A stretch of DNA of 35,047 nucleotides from a virus (Duplodnaviria; Caudoviricetes), in the IMG/VR virus record IMGVR_UViG_3300048848_000238, positions 1 through 35,047 of that record; one strand, written 5' to 3'. Shown in pieces: positions 17,897-26,681 of the stretch (positions are counted from its first letter, which is position 1; every line of letters starts with the position of its first letter). Made by a program: the position numbers and the translations under genes. The notes below the pieces were generated by a model that saw nothing but the letters and a program-made list of their open reading frames with translations, had not been told where the DNA came from and searched no databases.

Positions 17897-18057
17897 TTGG
17901 CCTGTAGCAGTCCGCCGACATAATCGAAGGTGCTTACCTGTGATGCTGCGGGGATTGGTTTGCGTTTCTTGCGGGGTGATTTGACGTTGTAGATGGCGTG
18001 ATTTTCGTATGCCTGCCAGAGTGATTTTCGCCTGGCGTAATTAGTGGACTCTCGCAT
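17869..18057 (-). CDS. ninE: NinE-like protein
   Basis: KPIP..S.V.TF.Y...L...W.R motif. Confidence 0.7.
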   Translation of the reverse strand: MRESTNYARRKSLWQAYENHAIYNVKSPRKKRKPIPAASQVSTFDYVGGLLQAKWNRLRKTR

Positions 18058-18256
18058 GATTTCTCCACCTCATCGCGCCGGTTGCTGCCCGGACTACTTC
18101 CAGAAACTCAGGTGATTTCTTCAGTCCCATCTCGCGGGCCTTGTTCGTTACCTGTTGTCGTGGCTTGTCGAACATGATTGCCAGCAGGTCTGTTGATGCG
18201 TTTGCGTAATCGCGAGCCAGAATGTCGAGATGCTCGCGGCTCCATGTATTTCTCAT
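18041..18256 (-). CDS. Hypothetical small helical (HTH/Myb-like) protein
   Basis: W....L...Y......LA......V..KA..MGL.K pattern. Confidence 0.55.
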   Translation of the reverse strand: MRNTWSREHLDILARDYANASTDLLAIMFDKPRQQVTNKAREMGLKKSPEFLEVVRAATGAMRWRNHARVH

Positions 18257-18447
18257 GCTGCGCTCCTGTGTTCAGTGTTAACCGTGCCGCCCTGACCAAT
18301 GGTAAACATCGGGTTACGACGGCTGTCTGATTCGCTTACTTCCATCTCGTCTGCGCTGCGCTGATAGACGCAATATGGCTTCCTGTAGACGTGAGAAAGC
18401 CACGCAGCTTCTTCGATGGCTGCGCCAATATCGGTGAATGTGGTCAT
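18253..18447 (-). CDS. Hypothetical phage protein
   Basis: ATGA-coupled ORF; FTDIGAAIEEA motif. Confidence 0.6.
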   Translation of the reverse strand: MTTFTDIGAAIEEAAWLSHVYRKPYCVYQRSADEMEVSESDSRRNPMFTIGQGGTVNTEHRSAA

Positions 18448-18890
18448 TGGATTTGTTTCTGCTTGAGTTCGTAAAACTCTGAGTTGTTGGGGATGGTGAT
18501 TGGTACGCCTTTATCCAGGCACCATTGTTCGTGTAGCTCCATCAGGTGAAGCATTCGGCCTTTGTCCATCCTGCTCGTCTTCTCGCGCTCTCCGCTTTCA
18601 TCACGGCCCAGCCAGTGCCCAACGTAGTAGTCATGAACTTCTTCATTGGTGATTGGCCTGCTGAGTACCACCGTCCCGTTACCGCTTCGAATGTCGACCA
18701 CTACCCCGCGAGCGCGCAGCCAGTCGCCTGTGGTTTCTACCCACATACGCCATGTGCGATTCATTGGAATTGTTCGGAGGTCACGCCATTCTGAGAATTT
18801 GATGCGGTATTTCTTGCCGGAAGAAACGAGGTCGAAGATTAGCTTAGTGAACTGGCCGAGTGTTGTTTTGTGAAGGCAAAAGTCCTGCAC
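18444..18890 (-). CDS. NinB/YbcN-like protein
   Basis: RT..MNR...MW, TS.MD.G.M...M and W....G..I.IP motifs. Confidence 0.65.
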   Translation of the reverse strand: MQDFCLHKTTLGQFTKLIFDLVSSGKKYRIKFSEWRDLRTIPMNRTWRMWVETTGDWLRARGVVVDIRSGNGTVVLSRPITNEEVHDYYVGHWLGRDESGEREKTSRMDKGRMLHLMELHEQWCLDKGVPITIPNNSEFYELKQKQIQ

Positions 18891-19041
18891 TTTTCACCTC
18901 GATTTGCATCTGGATAAGCTCTAGTGCGCCGTCGATTTTAGTCTGCTGCTCGTATGTAAGGTCATCATCAAGCAGGCCGTCTATAAGCTCGTAGGCTTGG
19001 CGTAGGTAGTCAGGACTGTGTAGCGGAATGACATTGCTCAT
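18844..19041 (-). CDS. Hypothetical protein
   Basis: Likely start MSNVIPL after GGAG. Confidence 0.5.
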   Translation of the reverse strand: MSNVIPLHSPDYLRQAYELIDGLLDDDLTYEQQTKIDGALELIQMQIEVKSAGLLPSQNNTRPVH

Positions 19042-19063
19042 AGCGCTCTCCGGGTTGTCAGGG

Positions 19064-19246
19064 TTATTCGTCACTCTTTAGCTGTGGGCGTTTTAAAGCG
19101 TCACTCAGAGTTTTGCGGATCATGGCTGGCAGAGACTGATACTCACTGTATCTACGAGTCATGCGGTAAAGATCAAGCGCCAGCATGTCCAGCTCTGCGT
19201 CTGATATGACGTGTTCAGAGCGCTTTAAGGGGATTACGTTGTTCAT
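19064..19246 (-). CDS. Hypothetical protein
   Basis: MNNVIPL start after AGGAGG. Confidence 0.55.
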   Translation of the reverse strand: MNNVIPLKRSEHVISDAELDMLALDLYRMTRRYSEYQSLPAMIRKTLSDALKRPQLKSDE

Positions 19247-19572
19247 GCTTCCTCCTGTGGTGATGGGAGCGGTTGACAGTCACAACTAACAAGAACCGAA
19301 TCACCGCGGGGGTCAAAGCCGCCGCTATCCATCTTTCCCGTTCCTGCACATTTAAAACATACAGTCGGAGGTAGTGGCTTATGCATCCAGAACTCCGAGT
19401 AAGCTCTTACTTTCCCTGAGTAGCCTTCTTCGAGCATCCAGAAAATAGCACTTCCATCAAATTTAATGTCCGCACTAGCTAACGTTGCCATGGCGACCTC
19501 TTCACCATCGAAAATAATCACTTTATCGCCAACGTCAGGGAGTCTATCGCTGCACTTAATCCACTGGCTCAT
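19243..19572 (-). CDS. DUF551 (Eaa-like) protein with CxxCxGxG insert
   Basis: WIKCSDRLP ... WM..PLPP; CFKCAGTG. Confidence 0.75.
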   Translation of the reverse strand: MSQWIKCSDRLPDVGDKVIIFDGEEVAMATLASADIKFDGSAIFWMLEEGYSGKVRAYSEFWMHKPLPPTVCFKCAGTGKMDSGGFDPRGDSVLVSCDCQPLPSPQEEA

Positions 19573-19573
19573 A

Positions 19574-19852
19574 TCACTGCTCTCCGTTCTGATTGGTGGC
19601 TGCTGGGCCGGAAACGTAGCTCGGGTCTAGCTTCATTAATCGGCAAATCTCAGTGATGTCTTCCGCTGTAACACCAATCGTTTCTGCAACCCTACCCAGC
19701 AGTTTTCCCTGCGGGTCTTGATCCAGCCTCTCGTTTAACGCTCTGCGGCTCAGGCCTACCGAATCAGCCAAATGGCGCATAGTTATCTTTCGCTCTTCAC
19801 AGAGCATTTTCACGACAATCCGGGTATCGCTCCATGTGGTTTCTTGCATCAC
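19574..19852 (-). CDS. HTH DNA-binding protein
   Basis: TMRHLADSVGLSRRALNERL helix-turn-helix. Confidence 0.65.
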   Translation of the reverse strand: MMQETTWSDTRIVVKMLCEERKITMRHLADSVGLSRRALNERLDQDPQGKLLGRVAETIGVTAEDITEICRLMKLDPSYVSGPAATNQNGEQ

Positions 19853-21732
19853 GCATACTCCGTAACGTTTTCACTCGCCCATGCCTGGTCATATTCATCG
19901 GCGGGCATATTGGCGATGTAGTTGAAAGATGTCGCACCATCACTCATCAGGAACTGGTGTGACTGTTCGTGCAGGTAAAGCGGTATTCCACCTTCCCAGC
20001 CCTCACCGTTGCGCTGCTTTTCCAGCATCAGGACTGACGCCGAAGCACCCAACGAGGCTTGCTCCTTATCATTCAGTGGCTCGCCAAGCTGCTGCTTCTG
20101 CAAGGCTCGCTCCCTGACTTTGTTTCGCCAGATGATGAAAAGGTTGTCAGTCAGATCGGTTATTGCGCCGGTCCCTTTTACGTCCATCTTCCCGGTAGGC
20201 TTCTCTTCGCTGTCAGCTTTGCGACTGTGTGTAACCATGATGACGTGGCTGTTGGTGCGGTTTTTGAAGTCACACACAGCGTCTACAAAGGCTTTTTGCC
20301 CGTTGTAGTCGTCATCGCCAATGCCACACTTCATCAGGCTGTCGATGATGAATAGCTGAATGCCATAACGGCGGTTGGCATACTCGAAAATTTCCAGAAG
20401 CCGATCGGCCTTTGCTGTTCCGGTAAGGCCAAACAGCCACAGGCGGTCATCGTAGAACTTGAATGCTGAGTCTATTTCCAGCCGCGGGGGTAACTTGAGG
20501 CATGTTGCCTGTCGCGTCAGTCTTTTCAGGAGTGCACCCGGTTTGAGTTCGAGAGATGCAACACATGACCTAACACCCTGCTTCATGGCTTCCAGCACCA
20601 TGTGCCCTACCACTTCCGTTTTCCCGTGACCGTTCACCCCGTTAACGATGGTTAACTCTGCCTCACGAAATGAGAAGTTGTGATTCAGCGTTTCCCACGG
20701 GCTTTGGAAAAGGCACTGCTCGTTGCCGTAGAAGGCGTTGATGGTGTCCTGGTAAAACTCACGGGCGCTGTAAAGCTCTTCGGGATCGAAGTAAGCCGCC
20801 CTCTCCAGAACGTCGATAACCTCATCGGCTGTCATTCCGGCCTGTAGGCACTCGTTAATGTCTTTGTGTGGAAGATTAACCAGACGGCAGCGATGCTCGC
20901 CGAGGCGTGATGCTATTTCTTTCGCAGCGGCCTGACCTACTTCGTCGGAGTCCATCGAGATCCAGATTTCCTGAAAGCGGTCGAGGTTGTGGAATTCAAA
21001 TTCAATCCACTGCTGCTTGGCACCTTTGCCACCGCCGAACGGGACTGAAAGCGCCGGCAAGCCGTATTGGTGATAGGTCATGCAGTCGATTTCACCTTCA
21101 CACAGAACAACTACCCGGATGTTCTTAGGCATAGCCTGCCAGCCAAACAGGCATGGTTCGCAGTCTCCTTCTGCCATGATCGCTTTCTTCCCGTTAGGTC
21201 GTTCAGTGCTGATGCGCTTTACCTGCAACAGCTCGCCATCACGCTTATAGGGAAACGCCAGAGCATCCAGCTCTCTTTCGCCGTTCCACACTTTAGCCGC
21301 AGCAACCTCGAACGTTTTCGCCGTCTCCGCAGTGATGCCGCGTGAGGCGAGGTATTCGATGTGCTTTTCGGTTTTGGTGAGAAATTTGCTAATTTTCTTA
21401 CGGTCGGGGCGGGAGAATTTCTTTTGCTGCTTTGCTGCGAAGTGGTGGTCGTCGTCTTTGATGCCGAGGAACTCTTTGGCTTCCGTCATTGCCTGGTGTA
21501 ATCCGCAGTCTTTCACGGCTACCCACAGGTCGAGCAAGTCACCTCCACTCCCTTCAGCGAAGTCCTGCCAGACCTTTTTGCCTGCCAGATTCACTTTCAG
21601 GCTGTGTCCCTGCTCGCCGTTTACGCTTCCAGCCACCCACTCATGCGATTCTTTCTTGCCGTTTGGCAGAAGATATTTTGCTACCCGGTCAACCTGATTC
21701 CATAGCAGGTCACTTAATTCACTTGGCGTCAT
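19849..21732 (-). CDS. Bifunctional primase-helicase (TOPRIM plus DnaB/T7 gp4-type helicase)
   Basis: EGEIDC, MDSDEVG, KDINECL, Walker A GVNGHGKT, IIDSL, VTHSRK and KGTG motifs; start MTPSE. Confidence 0.92.
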   Translation of the reverse strand: MTPSELSDLLWNQVDRVAKYLLPNGKKESHEWVAGSVNGEQGHSLKVNLAGKKVWQDFAEGSGGDLLDLWVAVKDCGLHQAMTEAKEFLGIKDDDHHFAAKQQKKFSRPDRKKISKFLTKTEKHIEYLASRGITAETAKTFEVAAAKVWNGERELDALAFPYKRDGELLQVKRISTERPNGKKAIMAEGDCEPCLFGWQAMPKNIRVVVLCEGEIDCMTYHQYGLPALSVPFGGGKGAKQQWIEFEFHNLDRFQEIWISMDSDEVGQAAAKEIASRLGEHRCRLVNLPHKDINECLQAGMTADEVIDVLERAAYFDPEELYSAREFYQDTINAFYGNEQCLFQSPWETLNHNFSFREAELTIVNGVNGHGKTEVVGHMVLEAMKQGVRSCVASLELKPGALLKRLTRQATCLKLPPRLEIDSAFKFYDDRLWLFGLTGTAKADRLLEIFEYANRRYGIQLFIIDSLMKCGIGDDDYNGQKAFVDAVCDFKNRTNSHVIMVTHSRKADSEEKPTGKMDVKGTGAITDLTDNLFIIWRNKVRERALQKQQLGEPLNDKEQASLGASASVLMLEKQRNGEGWEGGIPLYLHEQSHQFLMSDGATSFNYIANMPADEYDQAWASENVTEYA

Positions 21733-22253
21733 ATGTGCCCCCAAGCCTTACCTCTACGGACTGTTGAAATCTGTGTTTCTGTCACACGGTATTTATTTGA
21801 GAGCTCTTTCAGCGGCGTGCCTGCAGAGCTTCTGATGGCAATTACATCTGCCTCGGAAAGCCGTGCTCGACCATTCAAAACTCCCTTCGCGCCATTTTTC
21901 AGTCCGATGCTAAATGCATGCCTTAGGTTCTCTGATCCGGTGCTCCACTCCAGGTTATCAATGGTGTTATCAGCTTTGTCGCCGTTGATATGATTAACTT
22001 CTGGCTTGTTGTGTTGATTTGGAATGAAAACTTGTGCGACGAGGCGATGAACTTTAACTGTTGTTCTTACCCCATCAGCATACAAATTGACCCTTAAGTA
22101 ACCTTTGTTATCCTCCGATGGATTAAGCCATTTCCCTTTGGATAGGTGCCCTCTTGAATTATATCTGGCATGCGAATACACCCGTCCATCTTTGGTTACA
22201 GAATATTTGCCCTCATAGCCTGGAATAAACTCATCTAATTCACTACTCATCAT
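21729..22253 (-). CDS. NUMOD4-HNH endonuclease
   Basis: IPGYEGKYSV...GRVYS; VHRLVA..FIPN, VNHINGDK.DN..NLEW. Confidence 0.9.
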   Translation of the reverse strand: MMSSELDEFIPGYEGKYSVTKDGRVYSHARYNSRGHLSKGKWLNPSEDNKGYLRVNLYADGVRTTVKVHRLVAQVFIPNQHNKPEVNHINGDKADNTIDNLEWSTGSENLRHAFSIGLKNGAKGVLNGRARLSEADVIAIRSSAGTPLKELSNKYRVTETQISTVRRGKAWGHI

Positions 22254-22357
22254 GATGCCCTCAGTTGCAGTTTGTTGAACCAGTACCGGACAAACCCTTC
22301 GCTCAACAGGCCGTGGTTATATCCGGCAATCAGCAAAGACTTAATCCGTGGCTTCAT
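22250..22357 (-). CDS. Small 35-aa ORF (MKPRIKSLLIAGYNHG...)
   Basis: Own translation; AGGTG RBS; ATGA overlap with the next gene. Confidence 0.55.
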   Translation of the reverse strand: MKPRIKSLLIAGYNHGLLSEGFVRYWFNKLQLRAS

Positions 22358-22361
22358 GTGA

Positions 22362-23231
22362 TCACCTGTCGTAGAACACGTAGCCGGATTTGGATACCGT
22401 GATTGCTGATTTGACGTTACTGGTTACTGGTGCCGCTTCTGGCTTATCGTCCTGCCAGCGCTTGCCGTTGAGGTAAGACGTTGGGTGAAGCTTATCGAAG
22501 CCATACTGCTTGCCTGTCCGACTGGCTATATCTTCGGCCAGCATCTGCGCAAACTGCTGAGGGGTTCCGCCTGTCTCTTTCCGCCATGCCTGAAACTGAG
22601 ACCTGAACGCCGCGACTGCTTTCTGCTTGCCTAACTTCACCATCCCTGCACACCAGAAAACTGACTCGAAAGCTTCATCGGTTTCCTGATTCTTGTTTGC
22701 AGGCTGAGGAGATTTTTCGGGTATCGTCTGAACTTGTTCGGACAATGTTTTATTACTTTCTTTCTTTTCTTTTGTAATAGTTTCTTTTGTGTGACTCTGT
22801 TTTGGTGACACCTCTGTCACCGTTTTGGTGACATCTTTTGTCATCAATGCAGTGACATTATCACCAGAGTAGTGACACCCTTCTATTTGCCACTGTGACA
22901 CTTCTTTGTTGGGGCCAATTTTATTGCCTTCCCGCAGGATAACGTTCATTGCGATCAGCTCATTTTTGGCCTTGTTTACTTTCTGCCGGGGAAGTCTTGT
23001 TAACTCTGCAAGTTGGCTGTCGGCAATGCGATCCATCTTCTTACCAAAGCCATATGTTTTACGGCAAATGGCGTGTGCTACCTTGCTCTGATTTTTCGTT
23101 AAATCAGCTCCGATAAGCTCGTCATACAGCGCATTAGCAAGACGGGTATATCCATCTTCCAGTTGGGCCACGCGACGCTCCATACCCTCTTGTGAAGGGC
23201 GATAATCTGATAGTTTTCTTACGACTGTCAT
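22362..23231 (-). CDS. O: Replication initiator O-like protein
   Basis: LEDGYTRLAN, RKTYGFGKKMDRI and HPTSYLNG.RW.D motifs; internal iterons. Confidence 0.9.
   Translation of the reverse strand: MTVVRKLSDYRPSQEGMERRVAQLEDGYTRLANALYDELIGADLTKNQSKVAHAICRKTYGFGKKMDRIADSQLAELTRLPRQKVNKAKNELIAMNVILREGNKIGPNKEVSQWQIEGCHYSGDNVTALMTKDVTKTVTEVSPKQSHTKETITKEKKESNKTLSEQVQTIPEKSPQPANKNQETDEAFESVFWCAGMVKLGKQKAVAAFRSQFQAWRKETGGTPQQFAQMLAEDIASRTGKQYGFDKLHPTSYLNGKRWQDDKPEAAPVTSNVKSAITVSKSGYVFYDR
22748..22877. repeat. Replication origin: four ~19-bp iterons plus A/T-rich tract
   Basis: TGTCAC-N7-GTGACA-type palindromes at about 22792-22810, 22815-22833, 22839-22857 and 22859-22877; T-rich 22748-22790. Confidence 0.8.
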
Positions 23232-23371
23232 TGCCGTTTCTCCTTCGCTTTATGCTCTTCCAGAATTTGCTTCAACTTCTCAGCAACCTTAGGATTGAAG
23301 CCTTTGCAGAGTTCGATTCGGGCAATGTTTTTGTGCATTTCTGCCTGGTACACAGCGTGTTTCTTTGGCAT
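23228..23371 (-). CDS. Small 47-aa ORF between cII and O (P22 orf48-like position)
   Basis: MPKKHAVYQAEMHKNI...; ATGA overlap with O. Confidence 0.6.
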   Translation of the reverse strand: MPKKHAVYQAEMHKNIARIELCKGFNPKVAEKLKQILEEHKAKEKRQ

Positions 23372-23381
23372 AATTACCCCT

Positions 23382-23453
23382 GTTGATTGATCCAGTTAAA
23401 AATCAATGGTGATTTGAGAAGCCTCAACTGTTCGCGCAGTTGGGGCTTTTTGC
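23382..23453 (+). ncRNA. oop: OOP-like antisense RNA to the cII 3' end
   Basis: Starts GTTGATTGATCCAGT as in lambda oop; upstream TGnCATAAT; ends at hairpin GCCTCAACTG..CAGTTGGGGC followed by T run. Confidence 0.7.
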
Positions 23454-23713
23454 TTTGTGAGGAGCTGCTCAATACGCAGCAGGCTTTTCGCCACTTCTGA
23501 CTCTGGCGACACCACTTCCAGATAGGCCATTGCCAGACTCATCATCTGGAAGAAGCTGTACTTCTGCATCCCTGAAGGCCGCTTCATGCGACTCACTGCT
23601 GCCTCGTTAAGTCCAAGCACTTCCGCCAATTGTCCCTGTCCACGTTCAGCCAGTTTGTTCAGCAACTGACTTTCAATCTGTCTGGCTTTTTTGCGATAGC
23701 TTGCGATTTCCAC
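23396..23713 (-). CDS. cII: CII transcriptional activator
   Basis: ARQIES.LLNKLA..GQ..LAE.LG...VSRMK and QITIDF C-terminus. Confidence 0.88.
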   Translation of the reverse strand: MEIASYRKKARQIESQLLNKLAERGQGQLAEVLGLNEAAVSRMKRPSGMQKYSFFQMMSLAMAYLEVVSPESEVAKSLLRIEQLLTKQKAPTARTVEASQITIDF

Positions 23714-23723
23714 GGTTTAAAAT
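23691..23723 (+). promoter_or_regulatory. pRE, CII-dependent promoter
   Basis: TTGC-GATAGC-TTGC with TAAAAT at 17-bp spacing, overlapping the cII start. Confidence 0.82.
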
Positions 23724-23780
23724 TCCTTTTGTTAGTTAAGTGATTGCGTGACTTTGCGGTGAGCTAGTCACTTGAGTTTT

Positions 23781-23825
23781 GCTCCGACATTGCGGTGGGA
23801 GCGGCTTCAGAGTTTTAAAGAGCGG
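23781..23825 (-). promoter_or_regulatory. nutR (boxA plus boxB)
   Basis: CGCTCTTTAA then hairpin with CGCAAT loop, just after cro. Confidence 0.75.
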
Positions 23826-23831
23826 TGTTTC

Positions 23832-24059
23832 TTAAGCCGCTGTGTCGGCTGACTTCATGTATCGCTGCGGGTAAAGAATCTGCATCTCGGTAATCTTCCC
23901 TTTGAAGTACCGTGATAATTTCTCTGCCGTTTCGAGAGATGGAACCTGCATTCCCCTTTCGATTCGGCTGAGGTTTCCGACATCCAACTGTGTGGCAATG
24001 GCTACCTCAGAAATTGTTAACTTTTTCTCTACACGCATTTTCCTTAATGGCGTTGGCAT
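23832..24059 (-). CDS. cro: Cro-like XRE HTH regulator
   Basis: Small HTH divergent from cI; recognition helix DVGNLSRIERG nearly identical to that of CI. Confidence 0.88.
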   Translation of the reverse strand: MPTPLRKMRVEKKLTISEVAIATQLDVGNLSRIERGMQVPSLETAEKLSRYFKGKITEMQILYPQRYMKSADTAA

Positions 24060-24073
24060 AATGTATCTCCTAA

Positions 24074-24136
24074 ATGTGTCATACGCATAATATGCGATAC
24101 AGAAAATATGCGCAAGGCGCTTTGTGTGACACGCAT
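24074..24136. promoter_or_regulatory. oR operators and pR
   Basis: ATGYG-N5-CGCAT-like sites at 24074-24088, 24108-24122 and 24122-24136; pR TTGCGC-17-TATTAT on minus strand (24115..24087). Confidence 0.72.
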
Positions 24137-24158
24137 AAAATAAGGTTAAATAAACGCC

Positions 24159-24848
24159 ATGAAAATAGGCGAAAAAATCAAACAGATTCGCAAAGCGAAT
24201 AAAATGACCCTGAGCGAGCTTGCGTTACGCATCGATAGTGACGTAGGCAACCTTTCGCGCCTTGAGCGTGGTAAGCAGGGGTACAGCGAGGCATTGGTTG
24301 GAAAAATTGCCGACGCACTTTCAGTTCCTGTATCTGAGCTATTCTCAACTAATGACATTAATGATACTGTTAATTCATACAGTGTTAATTCATTAGCCAA
24401 GAAGGAGGGTCGCGATGTGTATAGGGTTGACGTGCTTGATGTTTCTGCGAGCGCAGGTAATGGAGTCTCATCCAAAGACACCATTGAAGTTATCAGATCA
24501 ATTGAATATGAACCGGAACAAGCCAAGCTCATCTTTGGCTCTATTCCTCAGGGATTAGTTAAGTTGATTAATGTTCGTGGCGACAGTATGCAAGGGACCA
24601 TTGAGCCTGGTGATCTGATCTTTGTTGATAAGCGCGTTACGCATTTCGATGGAGATGGAATTTATGTTTTCGACTTCAATGGCGACACCTATGTGAAGCG
24701 TCTTCAGAAAGTAAAATCTGAGCTTCTTGTCATTTCTGACAACATCAAGTACCGCGAATGGTCTATCACTCCTGAAGAAACCGAGATGTTGCATATCTCA
24801 GGTCGCGTGATGCTCAGCCAATCCCAGCAATACCGACGACACGGCTAA
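24159..24848 (+). CDS. cI: CI repressor (XRE HTH plus S24 peptidase)
   Basis: HTH, SAG cleavage site, GDSM catalytic Ser, VKRL catalytic Lys. Confidence 0.95.
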   Translation: MKIGEKIKQIRKANKMTLSELALRIDSDVGNLSRLERGKQGYSEALVGKIADALSVPVSELFSTNDINDTVNSYSVNSLAKKEGRDVYRVDVLDVSASAGNGVSSKDTIEVIRSIEYEPEQAKLIFGSIPQGLVKLINVRGDSMQGTIEPGDLIFVDKRVTHFDGDGIYVFDFNGDTYVKRLQKVKSELLVISDNIKYREWSITPEETEMLHISGRVMLSQSQQYRRHG

Positions 24849-24865
24849 AACCTTCATTTCATTAG

Positions 24866-24891
24866 AAGCCCGCTATATGCGGGTTTTTTTG
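24866..24891 (+). terminator. cI terminator
   Basis: GCCCGC-TATAT-GCGGGT followed by T run. Confidence 0.82.
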
Positions 24892-24982
24892 TGCCTGTTG
24901 CATATCCGCATCAAAATTAAATCCCTTTACCTTTCAAATGCCTAACAAAAATTAAGCATAAAACACACCCCACTGAGTTATT

Positions 24983-25017
24983 ATGCGCTTGACGCATATG
25001 TGTTGCACGCATATTAT
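24983..25017 (+). promoter_or_regulatory. oL operators and pL
   Basis: ATGCGCTTGACGCAT and ATGTGTTGCACGCAT; TTGACG-17-TATTAT; downstream ATCAGCAGGACGCACT as in the lambda pL leader. Confidence 0.85.
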
Positions 25018-25059
25018 CTATCCCATCAGCAGGACGCACTAACCAACAGGATGTTGGGT

Positions 25060-25104
25060 CGCTCTTTAACATTGATGGGGTTTGTCTCCGCCGAAATGCG
25101 GGGA
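25060..25104 (+). promoter_or_regulatory. nutL (boxA plus boxB)
   Basis: CGCTCTTTAACA then CCGC-CGAAAT-GCGG hairpin. Confidence 0.8.
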
Positions 25105-25126
25105 ACCAAAGTGAAGTTGGCTTTGG

Positions 25127-25206
25127 AGAAGCGCGCTAACCAAGGATGTAACGGTCAGGTTATGCAAATACCGCTGACGCCAGTGTGATATCGGTGGCGC
25201 GCTTCT
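25127..25206 (+). promoter_or_regulatory. Long hairpin in N leader (RNase III site analogue)
   Basis: AGAAGCGCGC/GCGCGCTTCT 10-bp stem at the position of the lambda N-leader RNase III site. Confidence 0.55.
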
Positions 25207-25232
25207 ACCTAAGCCAATTACCGGAGGTACAC

Positions 25233-25469
25233 ATGACAATCGTAATGACCATTCTGGCCTCTGATAACGCCAGAAATCGCCGCAGGGCAAAACGTGCAGC
25301 AGAACGTGAGCAGGCAGCTAAGCAGTGTATGCCGCACCTAAGCCGCATCGAGAAGGCAGTCATCTCCCCTTCTCTGCGTGACAGGCATGAGAGCACATCG
25401 GTATGTCTGCCGGAGATTGCAATATTCAACGCGGGATACCGCAAATCAGAAAGCATTACAGCGAGGTAG
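25233..25469 (+). CDS. N: N antiterminator
   Basis: Arg-rich NARNRRRAKRAA; first pL gene; GGAGG RBS. Confidence 0.82.
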   Translation: MTIVMTILASDNARNRRRAKRAAEREQAAKQCMPHLSRIEKAVISPSLRDRHESTSVCLPEIAIFNAGYRKSESITAR

Positions 25470-25471
25470 TT

Positions 25472-25783
25472 ATGGCACTTGACCACGGAGTCCTGAACGT
25501 CCCGCTGGATAAGCGCGGCAACTTCCATAAGGAACTGGATAGCCATCTGGCAGCAGAGAAGCGCCGGAAAGAGGATGAGTTATTCGTCCGCAAAACCGCT
25601 TTCAACGACGCCAAATCTCAGGCGCAGCATCTTTACCTGAAGATGGATAACGACCTGGTGAAGGCCGAGGCAAAGCGCAGGGGAATGAAGTTAAGCGAGT
25701 TTCGCGAGGTGCTAAAAGATATTCGCGACTTCAAACCAAAGCAGGCGCCAATAGCGTTTGCACCATTCATCAAGGCTGCCTAA
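25472..25783 (+). CDS. Hypothetical protein
   Basis: Start MALDHG after GAGG; followed by a terminator. Confidence 0.65.
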   Translation: MALDHGVLNVPLDKRGNFHKELDSHLAAEKRRKEDELFVRKTAFNDAKSQAQHLYLKMDNDLVKAEAKRRGMKLSEFREVLKDIRDFKPKQAPIAFAPFIKAA

Positions 25784-25800
25784 CCCGCAGCCTTTTTTAT
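25772..25800 (+). terminator. tL-type terminator
   Basis: AGGCTGC..GCAGCCT followed by T run. Confidence 0.75.
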
Positions 25801-25828
25801 TGCCGGTGATAAGCCGCAGGAGGGGTAG

Positions 25829-25984
25829 ATGAAAATGTATCAGGTATGCATAGAGGCACCTGGCCTTAACGAAACCGAGACATTCGAGGCAGCAACGCCA
25901 GAAGAGGCTGAGGAGATTGGAAAGCAAATCTTCTTTGACACATGCAATTACGGAGTCTCGGAAGTAAAAAACGACGACGAATAG
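25829..25984 (+). CDS. Small acidic 51-aa protein
   Basis: Own translation MKMYQVCIEAPG...; AGGAGG RBS. Confidence 0.6.
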   Translation: MKMYQVCIEAPGLNETETFEAATPEEAEEIGKQIFFDTCNYGVSEVKNDDE

Positions 25985-26008
25985 CCGCCACTGAGCGGCT
26001 TTTTTATT
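25983..26008 (+). terminator. Rho-independent terminator
   Basis: AGCCGC..GCGGCT followed by T run. Confidence 0.75.
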
Positions 26009-26017
26009 GGGGCTACC

Positions 26018-26095
26018 ATGAGCACATTAGATTACTGGTTAGGCTGGATAGCTATTGGTGTGTTGATGGGGCTGGGGTTTATAGCAGGAGGTTGA
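26018..26095 (+). CDS. 25-aa hydrophobic peptide
   Basis: MSTLDYWLGWIAIGVLMGLGFIAGG; weak RBS. Confidence 0.4.
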   Translation: MSTLDYWLGWIAIGVLMGLGFIAGG

Positions 26096-26096
26096 G

Positions 26097-26369
26097 ATGA
26101 GCGAGTTTAAGGGGCTACCCGAAGCTAAAGGTGTTTTCCCGCCTAATGGTGGGTGGAAAGAAAAAACAATGTATATCGTTGATGTGGCATTCACAAAATC
26201 AAATGTTATTCATCAGTCTTATTTCTTTAGCGGGTTCCTGTCGGGTGGAAAACCTAGCGGATATAACCAGATTATTAATCCTAATTACGAAGAGGCAGAG
26301 TCAATTAGCTCTGTGTATTACATGAAAGCGACGGATGAGCTTCCAGATATAGCTCAGGTGTTCAGATGA
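26097..26369 (+). CDS. Hypothetical protein (AT-rich)
   Basis: AGGAGG RBS; 90 aa. Confidence 0.65.
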   Translation: MSEFKGLPEAKGVFPPNGGWKEKTMYIVDVAFTKSNVIHQSYFFSGFLSGGKPSGYNQIINPNYEEAESISSVYYMKATDELPDIAQVFR

Positions 26370-26413
26370 GGATGCAAGGGCATTGGGCCAGTAACCACTG
26401 ACGGAGAGATGAT

Positions 26414-26590
26414 ATGGAGTGGATTAGTTCTAAAGATGAGGTGCCGGATGACAGTCGCTATGTTCTTGGATGCAGCAACGCATCAAGGCTTCCATTCGTA
26501 ATATGGCATGACGGCTCACAGTGGGTTGGTCTCAGCAATTATACGCCGCAGGTAAGTTTTTGGTGCGATATTCCTGAATTGCCATGCTGA
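26414..26590 (+). CDS. DUF551-like small protein
   Basis: MEWISSKDEVP ... VSFWCDIPELP. Confidence 0.65.
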   Translation: MEWISSKDEVPDDSRYVLGCSNASRLPFVIWHDGSQWVGLSNYTPQVSFWCDIPELPC

Positions 26591-26681
26591 TGAGTGACAC
26601 CGTAAAGCTGTCTGCTTAGACGGCTTTGAGGTGCATTCGCACCAACGCACTTCGGTGCGAGATAACTGAGACACACCTCTT

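Noticed and set aside
19021-19246. Adjacent ORFs both start M-x-NVIPL
   Set aside because: Common phage N-terminal motif; no further similarity, so no tandem duplication is supported
21729-22253. HNH as part of a group I intron or intein
   Set aside because: Flanking genes are intact and coupled, leaving no room for an intron core
22790-22900. Short repeats that might be a CRISPR-like array
   Set aside because: Palindromic 19-mers with 1-5 bp gaps inside O are replication iterons; no cas genes
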